Of a stretch of 12,753 nt of DNA, positions 1 to 8,536 are shown piece by piece. The DNA comes from Candidatus Iainarchaeum sp. Lineage in GTDB: Archaea > Iainarchaeota > Iainarchaeia > Iainarchaeales > Iainarchaeaceae. The position numbers and the translations under genes were made by a program. The DNA is taken from the NCBI GenBank assembly GCA_038895675.1, contig JAWANB010000029.1:1-12753 (forward strand). The letters run 5' to 3'. Numbering within the stretch: position 1 is the stretch's first letter; each line of letters begins with the position of its first letter. The notes below the pieces were generated by a model. It searched no databases. It had not been told where the DNA came from and saw nothing but the letters and a program-made list of their open reading frames with translations.

Positions 1-468
1 TCTATACCTGTTTACTTGCTTGTTATAATAGGAAACTTCATAAAGAACAAAGTGCAAGAATCTGGAATAAAAAGTTGGCTTGCATCCAGCTTTATTGCAA
101 CTAACCTTGTTTTGTTTGTAATACTATTTTTAGCTTACTTTTTGCCAGTAATTTCTTCTTTGCAAGAAAATGAAATAGGCATAATACCTTCAACAATAGC
201 CCCAACACCAACAACTATTTTAAGCAATTTTTTGTGGGGAGTTATAAAAGTAATTTTAGCTACTTTGTTGCTTTCTACTATTCTAATGCCTCTCGAATTG
301 ATAGGTTCTTATATTCACTCGAAAATTGTTACGAAGTTTCCAAAATTAAACAATTACGTTAGGCTTTATTTGACTTCATTAATATGCTCTTTTTTAGGTT
401 CTTTAATAGTTTTATTCATAATCCCAGAACTACCAACTGGCTTTTTCTATTTTCTTTACTTTGCATAG
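1..468 (+). CDS. Integral membrane protein of unknown function, probably 5'-truncated by the window edge
   Basis: Frame 1 is open from base 1 (tct ata cct gtt tac ttg...), so the TTG at 16 is probably internal. Three to four long hydrophobic segments and a Pro/Thr loop (PSTIAPTP). Stop TAG at 466-468. Confidence 0.7.
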   Translation, partial: SIPVYLLVIIGNFIKNKVQESGIKSWLASSFIATNLVLFVILFLAYFLPVISSLQENEIGIIPSTIAPTPTTILSNFLWGVIKVILATLLLSTILMPLELIGSYIHSKIVTKFPKLNNYVRLYLTSLICSFLGSLIVLFIIPELPTGFFYFLYFA

Positions 469-640
469 TAAATATTGCTCTACTAAAATCGGTTGTTTAA
501 AGTTGTTTTTACCAAATTCTTTTTTGTTCGCTGTTTTTAGTTGGTTTTAGGCCTTTTGTTCTTTGATTTAAAAGTCTTTTTAAAGGCGTTTTTATTGTTA
601 TTCTATTTTTGTCGTTGCTTTTATTTTTTTTAAATCGTTC
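469..640 (+). terminator. Oligo-T-rich intergenic region, likely archaeal-type transcription termination zone
   Basis: Many T4-T8 runs on the sense strand directly after the stop of the first ORF. Archaeal intrinsic termination occurs at oligo-T tracts (established); function here is inferred. Confidence 0.35.
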
Positions 641-645
641 TATAC

Positions 646-668
646 AGCGCAAAAGTCAGTTTATTAAA
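646..668 (+). promoter_or_regulatory. Putative BRE/TATA promoter for the 698 gene
   Basis: TTTATTAAA at 660-668, preceded by purine-rich GCAAAAG, ending about 30 nt before the ATG at 698. Confidence 0.4.
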
Positions 669-697
669 TCCTGATAGTTTATTTATAATGAGCTTTA

Positions 698-1924
698 ATG
701 TTAAGCCCCATAACTTTAATGGAAATAGCTATAGCAGCATACATGTTGTTAGGTTCCACAAGCTTGGGATATTTGTTAATACGAATGGGTTATCCAAACT
801 TTAGAACTTTAGAGATAAAATATAAGACAGGTTGGAGCATAATAACAGGAATTGCTTTTACTATTACTACAACAACCTTGGCTTTTGGAACATCTTTTTT
901 GTTAAAACAAAAAATAATGGCTTTCGAACTGTTGTTTATATCAATAATAGGCACGATAATATCTGCAATAATTACGTTTAATTTCAAAAGATATTTTTTT
1001 GGAACAAAAAAAGTGAAAGTTTCAGTACCAAAAAGAGCGGTTGTTGCTAGTGCCATAGCAAAAAAAGCTTTTGAAAAATTAGGACACGAAGCCTACATTC
1101 CTGACAAAGAAGCAGCACAAAATTTGCAAGAAATAATAAGTAAGATTGACAGAGGAGAAATTGCAATAAAAGTTGATACTGCAAGCAACTTAATTCCTTT
1201 TACAGAGGAAGAAACGAAAGACAAAAATGTGCAAGAAGTCCTTTCTAAAAAAGTTTTATTAATAGGGCCACCACAAAAAATATATTTGAATCAGGAAAAA
1301 GAAAAATTAAAAGAAATCAAAGCAGAAAAACAAATTGAAACGAAAAAAGAATTTGACACTAAAGAAATAATAGCAAAGCTAAAGAAAATTACAGAAAAAA
1401 TAGAAGAACAAAAAGAAGGTAAAGAAAAATTAGTCCAAGCAAAGCCGCAAAAAGAACAATTAGTAGAAAAACAAGTTTATCAAAAAGATCAAAAAGAAAT
1501 AAAGGAAGAAGTTAAGAAGCCTCTCGTCAAAAGTTTGAACCAAGAAAGTAAAGAAAGTAAAAGTATAGAACAAAGTTTAAAGTCCTTAAAATCAATAGTA
1601 GAGTCTTCTGAAGTAATGCAAAAAAAGGAAAAAAAGCAAGAAATTACTGAAAAACCAAAAATTGTTACACAAAATAAAGAGGCACAAAAAAAGACAGAAA
1701 AGGTTTTGGAAGAAATAGGGCAAAAAATTGAGAAAAGTGAACAAAAAATAGTTACAGAAAAACAATTGAAAGAAGAAATAGAAGACACTAAACGTTATAT
1801 AATTGAAAGTCTAAAAAAAGACTTGAAAAAAGAAGAAATAGAAAAAAAAGAGTCTAAGACAAAACCTAAAGTCGTCTTGCCAAAGTCTGCAAAGATACTT
1901 AAGGAGCTGTTATCCGAAAGGTGA
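698..1924 (+). CDS. Membrane-anchored protein: three N-terminal TM helices plus a long Lys/Glu/Gln-rich, probably coiled-coil or disordered tail
   Basis: 408-aa ORF with hydrophobic segments in the first ~95 aa, then a highly charged low-complexity region (KEKLKEIKAEKQIE...). Its stop overlaps the RBS of the next gene. Confidence 0.8.
   Translation: MLSPITLMEIAIAAYMLLGSTSLGYLLIRMGYPNFRTLEIKYKTGWSIITGIAFTITTTTLAFGTSFLLKQKIMAFELLFISIIGTIISAIITFNFKRYFFGTKKVKVSVPKRAVVASAIAKKAFEKLGHEAYIPDKEAAQNLQEIISKIDRGEIAIKVDTASNLIPFTEEETKDKNVQEVLSKKVLLIGPPQKIYLNQEKEKLKEIKAEKQIETKKEFDTKEIIAKLKKITEKIEEQKEGKEKLVQAKPQKEQLVEKQVYQKDQKEIKEEVKKPLVKSLNQESKESKSIEQSLKSLKSIVESSEVMQKKEKKQEITEKPKIVTQNKEAQKKTEKVLEEIGQKIEKSEQKIVTEKQLKEEIEDTKRYIIESLKKDLKKEEIEKKESKTKPKVVLPKSAKILKELLSER
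1919..1924 (+). promoter_or_regulatory. Shine-Dalgarno site (AGGTGA) overlapping the upstream TGA stop
   Basis: AGGTGA at 1919-1924, 4 nt before ATG 1929; matches the archaeal GGTGA SD consensus. Confidence 0.7.
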
Positions 1925-1928
1925 ATTT

Positions 1929-2597
1929 ATGGATGACGAATACATACCGAGAAGACTTTTAAGGTTTTACAGAAAAAAACCAGTTGAATCAGAAGTAAGA
2001 GAGAAAAGTGCAAAATTGGCTGTTAAAGAGGTTGATAATTTTGTTGAACAAAACAAAAGGTACCCTAATAGAGAAGAAATAGATAAAATAGCAGAAAGTG
2101 TTTTTGAACAATTAAAAAAAGAGTTTTCTGAAGAGGACGAAAAAAAATTTGAAAACGACATTGACCTTGACTTTTTGGACAAAGAAAAAACAGAGCTTAG
2201 AAGAAAAAGAAGTATGAAAAAAGAAGAAAAGGAAGAGGAAAAAATTCCTGAAAAACAAGAAACTGCTGCTATAATAATTCCAGAAGAACAAGATGAAACT
2301 GAAAAATATGAAAATATTAACAACATAGAAAAAATAGCAGAACTTGATGAAGTCGCTTCTTTAGAAGATGAAATTTCAGACAATGATGATTTTGATAATA
2401 TAGAAAAAGAAATGGAAGAAAAAGAAGGGATTTGCCCAAGATGTAAAAGTAAAACTGAAGAGATAATATTTTGTCCTCAGTGCGGAGAGGCCTTTTGTAA
2501 TCATTGCGCCAAAGCCATAGAAAACTTGCCAGACGCAATAAAATACGTTTGCCCTAACTGCAACACATTATTTAAGAAAAGAAAAATCAATAAGTAA
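1929..2597 (+). CDS. Acidic cytoplasmic protein with C-terminal 8-Cys (C4C4) zinc finger, PHD/FYVE/RING-like spacing
   Basis: 222 aa with a good SD; C-terminus CPRC-x9-CPQC-x4-CNHC-x14-CPNC; central region very Glu/Asp-rich; no signal peptide or TM. Confidence 0.8.
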   Translation: MDDEYIPRRLLRFYRKKPVESEVREKSAKLAVKEVDNFVEQNKRYPNREEIDKIAESVFEQLKKEFSEEDEKKFENDIDLDFLDKEKTELRRKRSMKKEEKEEEKIPEKQETAAIIIPEEQDETEKYENINNIEKIAELDEVASLEDEISDNDDFDNIEKEMEEKEGICPRCKSKTEEIIFCPQCGEAFCNHCAKAIENLPDAIKYVCPNCNTLFKKRKINK

Positions 2598-2609
2598 AAG
2601 GTATAATAA
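2596..2609 (+). promoter_or_regulatory. Putative BRE/TATA promoter for a near-leaderless ATPase transcript
   Basis: AAAAGG-TATAATAA at 2596-2609, ending 23 nt before ATG 2633; no obvious SD before the ATG; resembles the motif upstream of the minus-strand pilin. Confidence 0.5.
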
Positions 2610-2632
2610 TACCAATTTCAAATAAGATTAAC

Positions 2633-4900
2633 ATGGACCCAAGCACTTTTGGAGTAAGCCCTTATGTTGTAAAAGACGAAGGTGGCAAAAGAGTTTTAGT
2701 AATAGACGCCAAAGGCGCTTTTTATACTCCTTCAATTGCTGATGATAGAAATGCAAGGTTTACTGTTTTAAAAATACTTACAGAAGCTGAAGCAGACCTA
2801 ATAATTTTGGCAGATGTGTATGAAAGAGTATACAATGAATATCAAACAAAAATGCTTTCTCAAATTTCTGCATTATATGTTAAATTTGAAATAGACTCTG
2901 TTTGGAGTTATTCACATTTAGGAGACCAACAAAAAGAAACAGAGAGAGAATTTGGAGAAAGACATAATGTTTTAGTAAAAATCAGCCATGAAGAAATATT
3001 GTTTGACCCAATAAACGCATACTTGATACTATTACAAGAAATAAAAAAAGAAATTTCAAGGCTTGAAAATTTACCTCAAGAAAAAAAAGCTTTTGTGTAT
3101 TTGAAGACTCTCAACGAACTAAAAACCAATTTTGAAACAACAGAGTTGATAAAAAGAGCCAAAGCTTTTATTTCTAAACTAGAAAAAACTCCTGACACAA
3201 ACCAACTTTACAGAAGTTTTTTTGAAGCTGATGTGAAACCTAAATTTATAGGGTCAAGACTAATTTTTGGCGACGAAGAAAAACTTGAGTTGCTTGACGA
3301 GTACTCTGTCAAGGATGCTTCAATACAAATTTTTTCTCACCCTTCAAAAACAGAAAAACTTTATTTCATAACTTTGCCAGAATACTCATTAACGCCAGAA
3401 AAATATTTTTTAGTGACTAAAACAAAAGAAACTGTTGCATCTTATAGCCCTGGCAGAGCTTCACTTTCAAACATAGCTAAGAGCAGAAAATACTTTGAAA
3501 GAATTTATCAATCAACTATGAAAGAAATAGCAAAGGCAGAAAAAATAGAAATAACTAACGAAGAAATACTTGATTTAAGCAAAATAGTTGTCAGGTATAC
3601 TGTTGGTTATGGTGTCCTTGAAATCCTTTTATCTGATAGAAGAGTAACTGACTTATATATTGATGCACCAATAGGAAACAAGCCTCTCTACCTTGTCCAT
3701 TCTGATTATGGCCAATGCCAAACAAATGTTATTTACACGCAAGAAGAAGCAAACTCTTTTGTTTCAAAGCTAAGAGCAATGTCAGGCAGGCCTTTTGACG
3801 AAGCGCATCCAGTACTTGACTATGATTTAGAAGAATTAGACACAAGAGTAGCTGCAATAAGTCCGCCTTTATCTCCTGACGGAATAGCTTTTGCCTTTAG
3901 ATTGCATAAAATGACTCCTTGGACTTTGCCACAATTTATTGATGTAAAGTATCTTACGCCAACTGCTGCAGGCTTGCTGTCTTTTTTCATAGATGCACAA
4001 GCAACAACATTAGTAACTGGAAGTAGAGGTTCTGGAAAAACCTCTCTAATGAGCGCACTAATGCTTGAAATAATGCAAAACACAAGAATAATAACTCAAG
4101 AAGATACTAACGAGTTGCCCGTAGAATACATGAAAAAAATAGGTTTTAACGTTCAAAGGCTAAAAACAAGATCCCCTATTGGTTCGAGCGAATCAGACAC
4201 AGAAGTCGCGCCAGAAGAAGCCTTGAGAACAGCACTAAGACTAGGAGATAGTGCCCTAATAATAGGCGAAGTGAGAAGCAAAGAAGCAAAGGTACTTTAC
4301 GAAGCCATGAGAGTAGGAGCGGCTGGTAATATAGTTATGGGAACAATTCATGGAGACAGCGCTTACAGCGTTTGGGACAGAATAGTAAATGATTTAGAAG
4401 TGCCAACAACTTCTTTCAAAGCAACAGACGTTGTTGTAGTTGCAAGACCAATAAGGTTCAAAGGAAGTCTTGAAAGACACAGGCGCATAGTTCAAATAAC
4501 AGAAGTAAAAAAGCATTGGAACAAAGATCCAAGCCAAGAAAATGGCTTATTAGACCTAATGACTTACGATGCAAAAAACGACAGCCTTGAAGTCATAGAA
4601 GACAATTTGAAAGAAAGCGACTTATTCTCGAGAATAAGTTCAATCTCTGGCCTTTCTATAGACCAAATATGGAAAAACATTTCAATGTTAGCAGAATCAA
4701 AAGCATACTTGGTACAACTTAAGAATGAACACAAGATTCCAAAGTTGTTAGAAGCAGAATACACAGTAACTGCAAACAATAAGCTTGCACTATTAAAGCA
4801 ACAACAAATAGATGAATACGGCTCAATAGATTATGACGAAGTTTTAGGAATGTGGAAAAACTGGGTGAGAAACACATTACTAAAAAGCGTGAGACAATGA
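2633..4900 (+). CDS. Archaeal type IV pilus assembly/secretion ATPase (VirB11/TadA/ArlI superfamily) with long N-terminal extension
   Basis: Walker A GSRGSGKT (4019-4042), Asp box QEDTNEL, Walker B ALIIGEVR, His box GTIHG, RRIVQITEV motif, and the GYGVLEILLSD..VTDLYID N-domain motif. Confidence 0.95.
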   Translation: MDPSTFGVSPYVVKDEGGKRVLVIDAKGAFYTPSIADDRNARFTVLKILTEAEADLIILADVYERVYNEYQTKMLSQISALYVKFEIDSVWSYSHLGDQQKETEREFGERHNVLVKISHEEILFDPINAYLILLQEIKKEISRLENLPQEKKAFVYLKTLNELKTNFETTELIKRAKAFISKLEKTPDTNQLYRSFFEADVKPKFIGSRLIFGDEEKLELLDEYSVKDASIQIFSHPSKTEKLYFITLPEYSLTPEKYFLVTKTKETVASYSPGRASLSNIAKSRKYFERIYQSTMKEIAKAEKIEITNEEILDLSKIVVRYTVGYGVLEILLSDRRVTDLYIDAPIGNKPLYLVHSDYGQCQTNVIYTQEEANSFVSKLRAMSGRPFDEAHPVLDYDLEELDTRVAAISPPLSPDGIAFAFRLHKMTPWTLPQFIDVKYLTPTAAGLLSFFIDAQATTLVTGSRGSGKTSLMSALMLEIMQNTRIITQEDTNELPVEYMKKIGFNVQRLKTRSPIGSSESDTEVAPEEALRTALRLGDSALIIGEVRSKEAKVLYEAMRVGAAGNIVMGTIHGDSAYSVWDRIVNDLEVPTTSFKATDVVVVARPIRFKGSLERHRRIVQITEVKKHWNKDPSQENGLLDLMTYDAKNDSLEVIEDNLKESDLFSRISSISGLSIDQIWKNISMLAESKAYLVQLKNEHKIPKLLEAEYTVTANNKLALLKQQQIDEYGSIDYDEVLGMWKNWVRNTLLKSVRQ

Positions 4901-7218
4901 AACAAAAACAAGAGCAAAGCATAGGGGAAATTTATTCTAAAATAAAAATCGAATCAGAAGAAATTAGCATAGGAGAAAAAAAACTTTACAAAGAACCAGA
5001 ACATTACTTTGTAAGACTATGCAAAAAACTTTCGAGCTTTTTGCCAAATTCTGGAAAAGGAGCAAAGTTTAGTGAAGAAAACGCAAAAGCAATAGAATTC
5101 TTACAATGGAATTTAACACCAGAAGAGTTTGCAAGCGCATCAATAGTTGTAATGATAATTTCAATACTAACCGCAATTTTGTTAGGCTCGGCAGTTTTGT
5201 TTACTCCGCTAAACGAAATACTAAAAATTTTCGGAGCACAAGACATTACTGCAGTTACTTATGCTTACTTTCCTTTCATAATAATAGCGATTGCAATAGT
5301 TTACTTTTTTCAAAAATTTCCAGCCATTGCTGCTAAAAAAGAACAAACAAAGGCACTAACTTACGTGCCAGAAATGGTAGGTTATATGGTAATGTCAATA
5401 AAGTTAGTGCCAAACTTGGAAAAAGCCGTAGAATTTAGTTCACAACACGGAAAAGGGAAATTAGCTTATGATTTCAAAGAAGTTATTTGGAAGACACAAT
5501 TAGGAATTTATAATTCTATTTCCGAAGGCCTTGATGAATTAGCATACAGGTGGGGCAATTATAGTTCTGAGCTAAAGAGAGCATTGATGAGAATAAGAGC
5601 ATCAGTAATAGAGAACACGGAAGCAAAAAGACACGCTTTATTAGATGAAACCACTTCAGAAATGTTAGACAGCATTAAAAACAAAATGGAACACTACGCA
5701 AGAGAACTATCACAACCAAGCACAATGCTTTTCTACATTGGAGTCTTACTTCCATTATTGCTAATAATAATACTTCCAGTAGGAAGTTCTTTTACTGGCG
5801 CGCCTTTAGCCAACCCAATAGTCCTTTTTCTTATATATAACATACTAATACCAATAACAGCCTTTGCTTTCGCTTATAGCATAATCCAACAAAGACCACC
5901 TACTTATGAAGTACCACAAATACCTGATAACTACACTTTAATGCCAAAATGGAAAGCAAACATAATAGGCTTAAAAGTTGACATAAGAATAATTGCTTTG
6001 GCAGTCTTGCTTGTTGGTTCAACAATTTCTCTTATAGTTTCTTCTGAAGGATTACCACCAAACTTTGTTCTTGGCTCTCAAAACATGGATGCTTGTGCTG
6101 AAGGAAAACAACTAATTTGCCCTGACTTATCAAAAAAAGTTGCCTTAGAAAGAGCAGGCAGAAGCCAAACGTATTTTGATGTTTATGAAAATGGAGGCGG
6201 AGAACTCTTTACACAAAAAATGAGAGAAAAACTAAGAAGTGGAGAACTAACAGAACAAGAGGCAAGACAAGAAGCCATAACTGAAGTAAAAGCTGAAGAA
6301 CAATTATTCTTCTCACAAAGCGAAAACGACATTGCTCCTTATTCTCTCGTTTTCGGATTACTAATAACGATCTCAATAGCATTAGCCATAATACTTTATT
6401 ATTCGAGCGTATACAAAAGAAGAGCCCAACTCGAAATACAACAAATGGAATCAGAATTCAAAGACTCGTTGTACGTTTTAGCCTCAAGAATGGGTGAAAA
6501 CAAGCCAGTGGAGGACGCAATAAAGCATGTTACCGAATTCTTGCCTGACTTGAAAATCTCGAAAAGAGTCTTTGCAAAAATTATTGATAATATAAAATTA
6601 ATGGGCATGCCTTTAGAACAAGCGGTCTTTGACCAAAATTACGGGGCAGTAGCAAAAATACCTTCCAACATTATAAGAAGCTCTATGAAAATAATGGTTG
6701 ACTCAGTACAATTAGGTTCTAACGTAGCAGCCCGAACCTTAATTGCTCTCTCAATACAACTTCAAAACGCAGAAAAAGTTAATAACAATTTGAAAGTTCT
6801 CGTGGCTGATGTTACAGGCACAATGAAAACAATGGCAATGTTTATAGCACCAATGGTTTTAGGAATAACAACGAGCTTACAAAGAGTAGTAATAGTAACC
6901 ATAGCTTCAATAGCTGGCTCGGGAATAGCATCAGAAAACGCAACACAAAACTTTACAGAGATAGGAAGCAGTTTTGCAGGAGCAACAGCATTCATAAAAC
7001 CAGAAGCAATAGCAACAATAGCTTCGCCAACACAATTCATACTAATAGTTGCTCTCTACATTGTTGAAATAGTATTCATAATGTCATACTTTACAACAAA
7101 AATAGAAGAAGACAACGATGTGCTACTTAAAATGAACCTTGCTACTTTCCTGCCAATCGCAGTAATAGTGTTTGTCGTAAGCATGGCACTATCAAACATG
7201 TTCGTAGGGTCGTTATGA
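4897..7218 (+). CDS. Type IV pilus membrane platform protein (TadC/ArlJ-like, two T2SSF-type halves)
   Basis: Start moved from 4852 to the ATG at 4897 (ATGA overlap with the ATPase stop), giving 773 aa. Multiple TM helices and two cytoplasmic T2SSF-like regions (VPEMVGYM..PNLEKAV..SISEGLDELA and EFKDSLYVLASRMGENKPVEDAI..GMPLEQA). Directly follows the ATPase. Confidence 0.85.
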   Translation: MKQKQEQSIGEIYSKIKIESEEISIGEKKLYKEPEHYFVRLCKKLSSFLPNSGKGAKFSEENAKAIEFLQWNLTPEEFASASIVVMIISILTAILLGSAVLFTPLNEILKIFGAQDITAVTYAYFPFIIIAIAIVYFFQKFPAIAAKKEQTKALTYVPEMVGYMVMSIKLVPNLEKAVEFSSQHGKGKLAYDFKEVIWKTQLGIYNSISEGLDELAYRWGNYSSELKRALMRIRASVIENTEAKRHALLDETTSEMLDSIKNKMEHYARELSQPSTMLFYIGVLLPLLLIIILPVGSSFTGAPLANPIVLFLIYNILIPITAFAFAYSIIQQRPPTYEVPQIPDNYTLMPKWKANIIGLKVDIRIIALAVLLVGSTISLIVSSEGLPPNFVLGSQNMDACAEGKQLICPDLSKKVALERAGRSQTYFDVYENGGGELFTQKMREKLRSGELTEQEARQEAITEVKAEEQLFFSQSENDIAPYSLVFGLLITISIALAIILYYSSVYKRRAQLEIQQMESEFKDSLYVLASRMGENKPVEDAIKHVTEFLPDLKISKRVFAKIIDNIKLMGMPLEQAVFDQNYGAVAKIPSNIIRSSMKIMVDSVQLGSNVAARTLIALSIQLQNAEKVNNNLKVLVADVTGTMKTMAMFIAPMVLGITTSLQRVVIVTIASIAGSGIASENATQNFTEIGSSFAGATAFIKPEAIATIASPTQFILIVALYIVEIVFIMSYFTTKIEEDNDVLLKMNLATFLPIAVIVFVVSMALSNMFVGSL

Positions 7219-7667
7219 AAATAGGCCAAAAAGGACAAGCGTTTGAACCTTTCAACTTACTTTTAGGCGCAATCTTTGCACTAATGGTCTTAGTAATAAT
7301 AATTTCAGCAATAAGTTATTTTGACAACTTAAACATTGAAGCAAGCAAACAAAAAATAATAAGCGGATTACAAGCAGCAACAAAACAACCAAACAAAAAC
7401 CAAATAGAAATAAAAGAAGTAAAAATAAGAAAAGACAGCGTCTTCAGCCCAAAGTCTTTATCTGAAGTTTTAGGCATAAGCAAAGAATGCATAGAAATAG
7501 TGCCTAACAAATACAAAGCAATAGAATACTCCAAAGAAAATGCAATAGTCTTGTCTGAAATAACAACAAACATTTATGCAAGATGCTCAACAAACGTTGA
7601 ACCTTTCATTAGCGATTGCGAAATTTCTTGCCAAATTTCTTTCGGCGAACCTTTTGAAGAAGACTAA
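7215..7667 (+). CDS. Type IV pilin-like protein with class III signal peptide
   Basis: MKIGQKG/QAFEPFNLLLGAIFALMVLVIIISAI: short basic leader, KG cleavage site, Q at +1, hydrophobic helix; 4 Cys; ATGA overlap with the platform gene. Confidence 0.85.
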   Translation: MKIGQKGQAFEPFNLLLGAIFALMVLVIIISAISYFDNLNIEASKQKIISGLQAATKQPNKNQIEIKEVKIRKDSVFSPKSLSEVLGISKECIEIVPNKYKAIEYSKENAIVLSEITTNIYARCSTNVEPFISDCEISCQISFGEPFEED

Positions 7668-7969
7668 AAACCATTTAGAAACCACTTAAAACAAAACAAA
7701 AATAACAACTAAAAAACACAACCAACAAACATAAAAACCTGAAAAAGACTCTAAAGCCAAAAATAAAAAGCTATTTGAAAAGTCAAAATTACTTTCACAA
7801 AGCACAATAAACGAAAAAAATTGACAAAGTCCAAAACCTAAAAAAAATTACTACCAAAAAAGACAAAAAAATAACAAACTGAAGAAAAACCAACAAAACG
7901 CTTTGCTTGGAAAAAAAAATCTAAAAAAAACATTTAACTAAAAAGTCCTAATGCGGCTACTTTCCATTT
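7668..7969 (-). terminator. Intergenic region between convergent pilins, with oligo-T tracts on the minus strand
   Basis: About 300 bp with numerous A4-A9 runs on +, i.e. T-tracts downstream of the minus-strand pilin; no ORF in the track. Confidence 0.35.
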
Positions 7970-8521
7970 TCACGAATCAGGAATAACTACTATAACACAA
8001 GCCATGCTAGAACCACTTTCAAAATCGCCAGCGCAATCGCTCAAATCAAACTCGTATTTATCATCAAAGCCTAAGTCTTCAGATATAGTTTTTTCCAACT
8101 CACTGCCTCTATCACAAATACCTAACAACTTTGTCTTTTGTGTCATCCTTCCAGTGTATTGAACAATTTTACCCTTTTGAGCATCATTAATTGTAAAATT
8201 AGTCTTGTTAGGAACCTTATCTGAAACCAACACACAAATTTGGCTTTCACTTAAGCCTTCTGACTTTGACGCTATTGTTTTTGCGCTCATACTCATGTTC
8301 TCTTTAAACCTAATATCCTTGGCAAATTGTGGGCTCGCTATATAATTTACGCCATTTTTCACTAAATTAGAGGCCTCTTTGTTAGGGTCCTTTTCATTAA
8401 GGAAGTCAATGCCACCTAAAACTTGCAAAAGTATAAGCAAAATAGAGCCTGCAACAACAGCAGCTATAAGCAATTTAAAGACGTCAAAAGCTTGTCCTTT
8501 TCTCTTACTTCCAAAAAACAT
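7970..8521 (-). CDS. Type IV pilin-like protein with class III signal peptide (candidate major pilin)
   Basis: MFFGSKRKG/QAFDVFKLLIAAVVAGSILLILL; 4 Cys; SD-like AAGTGA at 8528-8533 (minus); own TATA box; aligns by eye with the 7215 pilin. Confidence 0.88.
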   Translation of the reverse strand: MFFGSKRKGQAFDVFKLLIAAVVAGSILLILLQVLGGIDFLNEKDPNKEASNLVKNGVNYIASPQFAKDIRFKENMSMSAKTIASKSEGLSESQICVLVSDKVPNKTNFTINDAQKGKIVQYTGRMTQKTKLLGICDRGSELEKTISEDLGFDDKYEFDLSDCAGDFESGSSMACVIVVIPDS

Positions 8522-8536
8522 TCAAAATCACTTATT

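Noticed and set aside
1542..1559. Tandem 9-mer AAGAAAGTA x2
   Set aside because: Only two copies, within low-complexity coding sequence (ESKESK).
4852..4896. Longer start for the platform gene given in the ORF track
   Set aside because: Overlaps the ATPase by 49 nt; the ATG at 4897 gives a standard ATGA coupling.
790..7573. Numerous short antisense or alternate-frame ORFs (790-1056, 1489-1788, 1967-2383, 3820-4083, 5004-5246, 6762-7040, 7316-7573 and others)
   Set aside because: All lie within well-supported genes; their Phe/Ser-rich composition mirrors the Lys/Glu codons of the real strand.
7668..7969. CRISPR array, ncRNA or repeat in the intergenic gap, including the 12-mer CAACTAAAAACA shared with the reverse complement of the 469-640 gap and an imperfect hairpin at 7776-7797
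   Set aside because: No regularly spaced repeats or GC-rich stems; the matches are expected in low-complexity A-rich DNA.
2633..8521. Archaellum operon
   Set aside because: No recognisable ArlB-type archaellin N-terminus, ArlH, ArlF or ArlG; the pilins have Q at +1.
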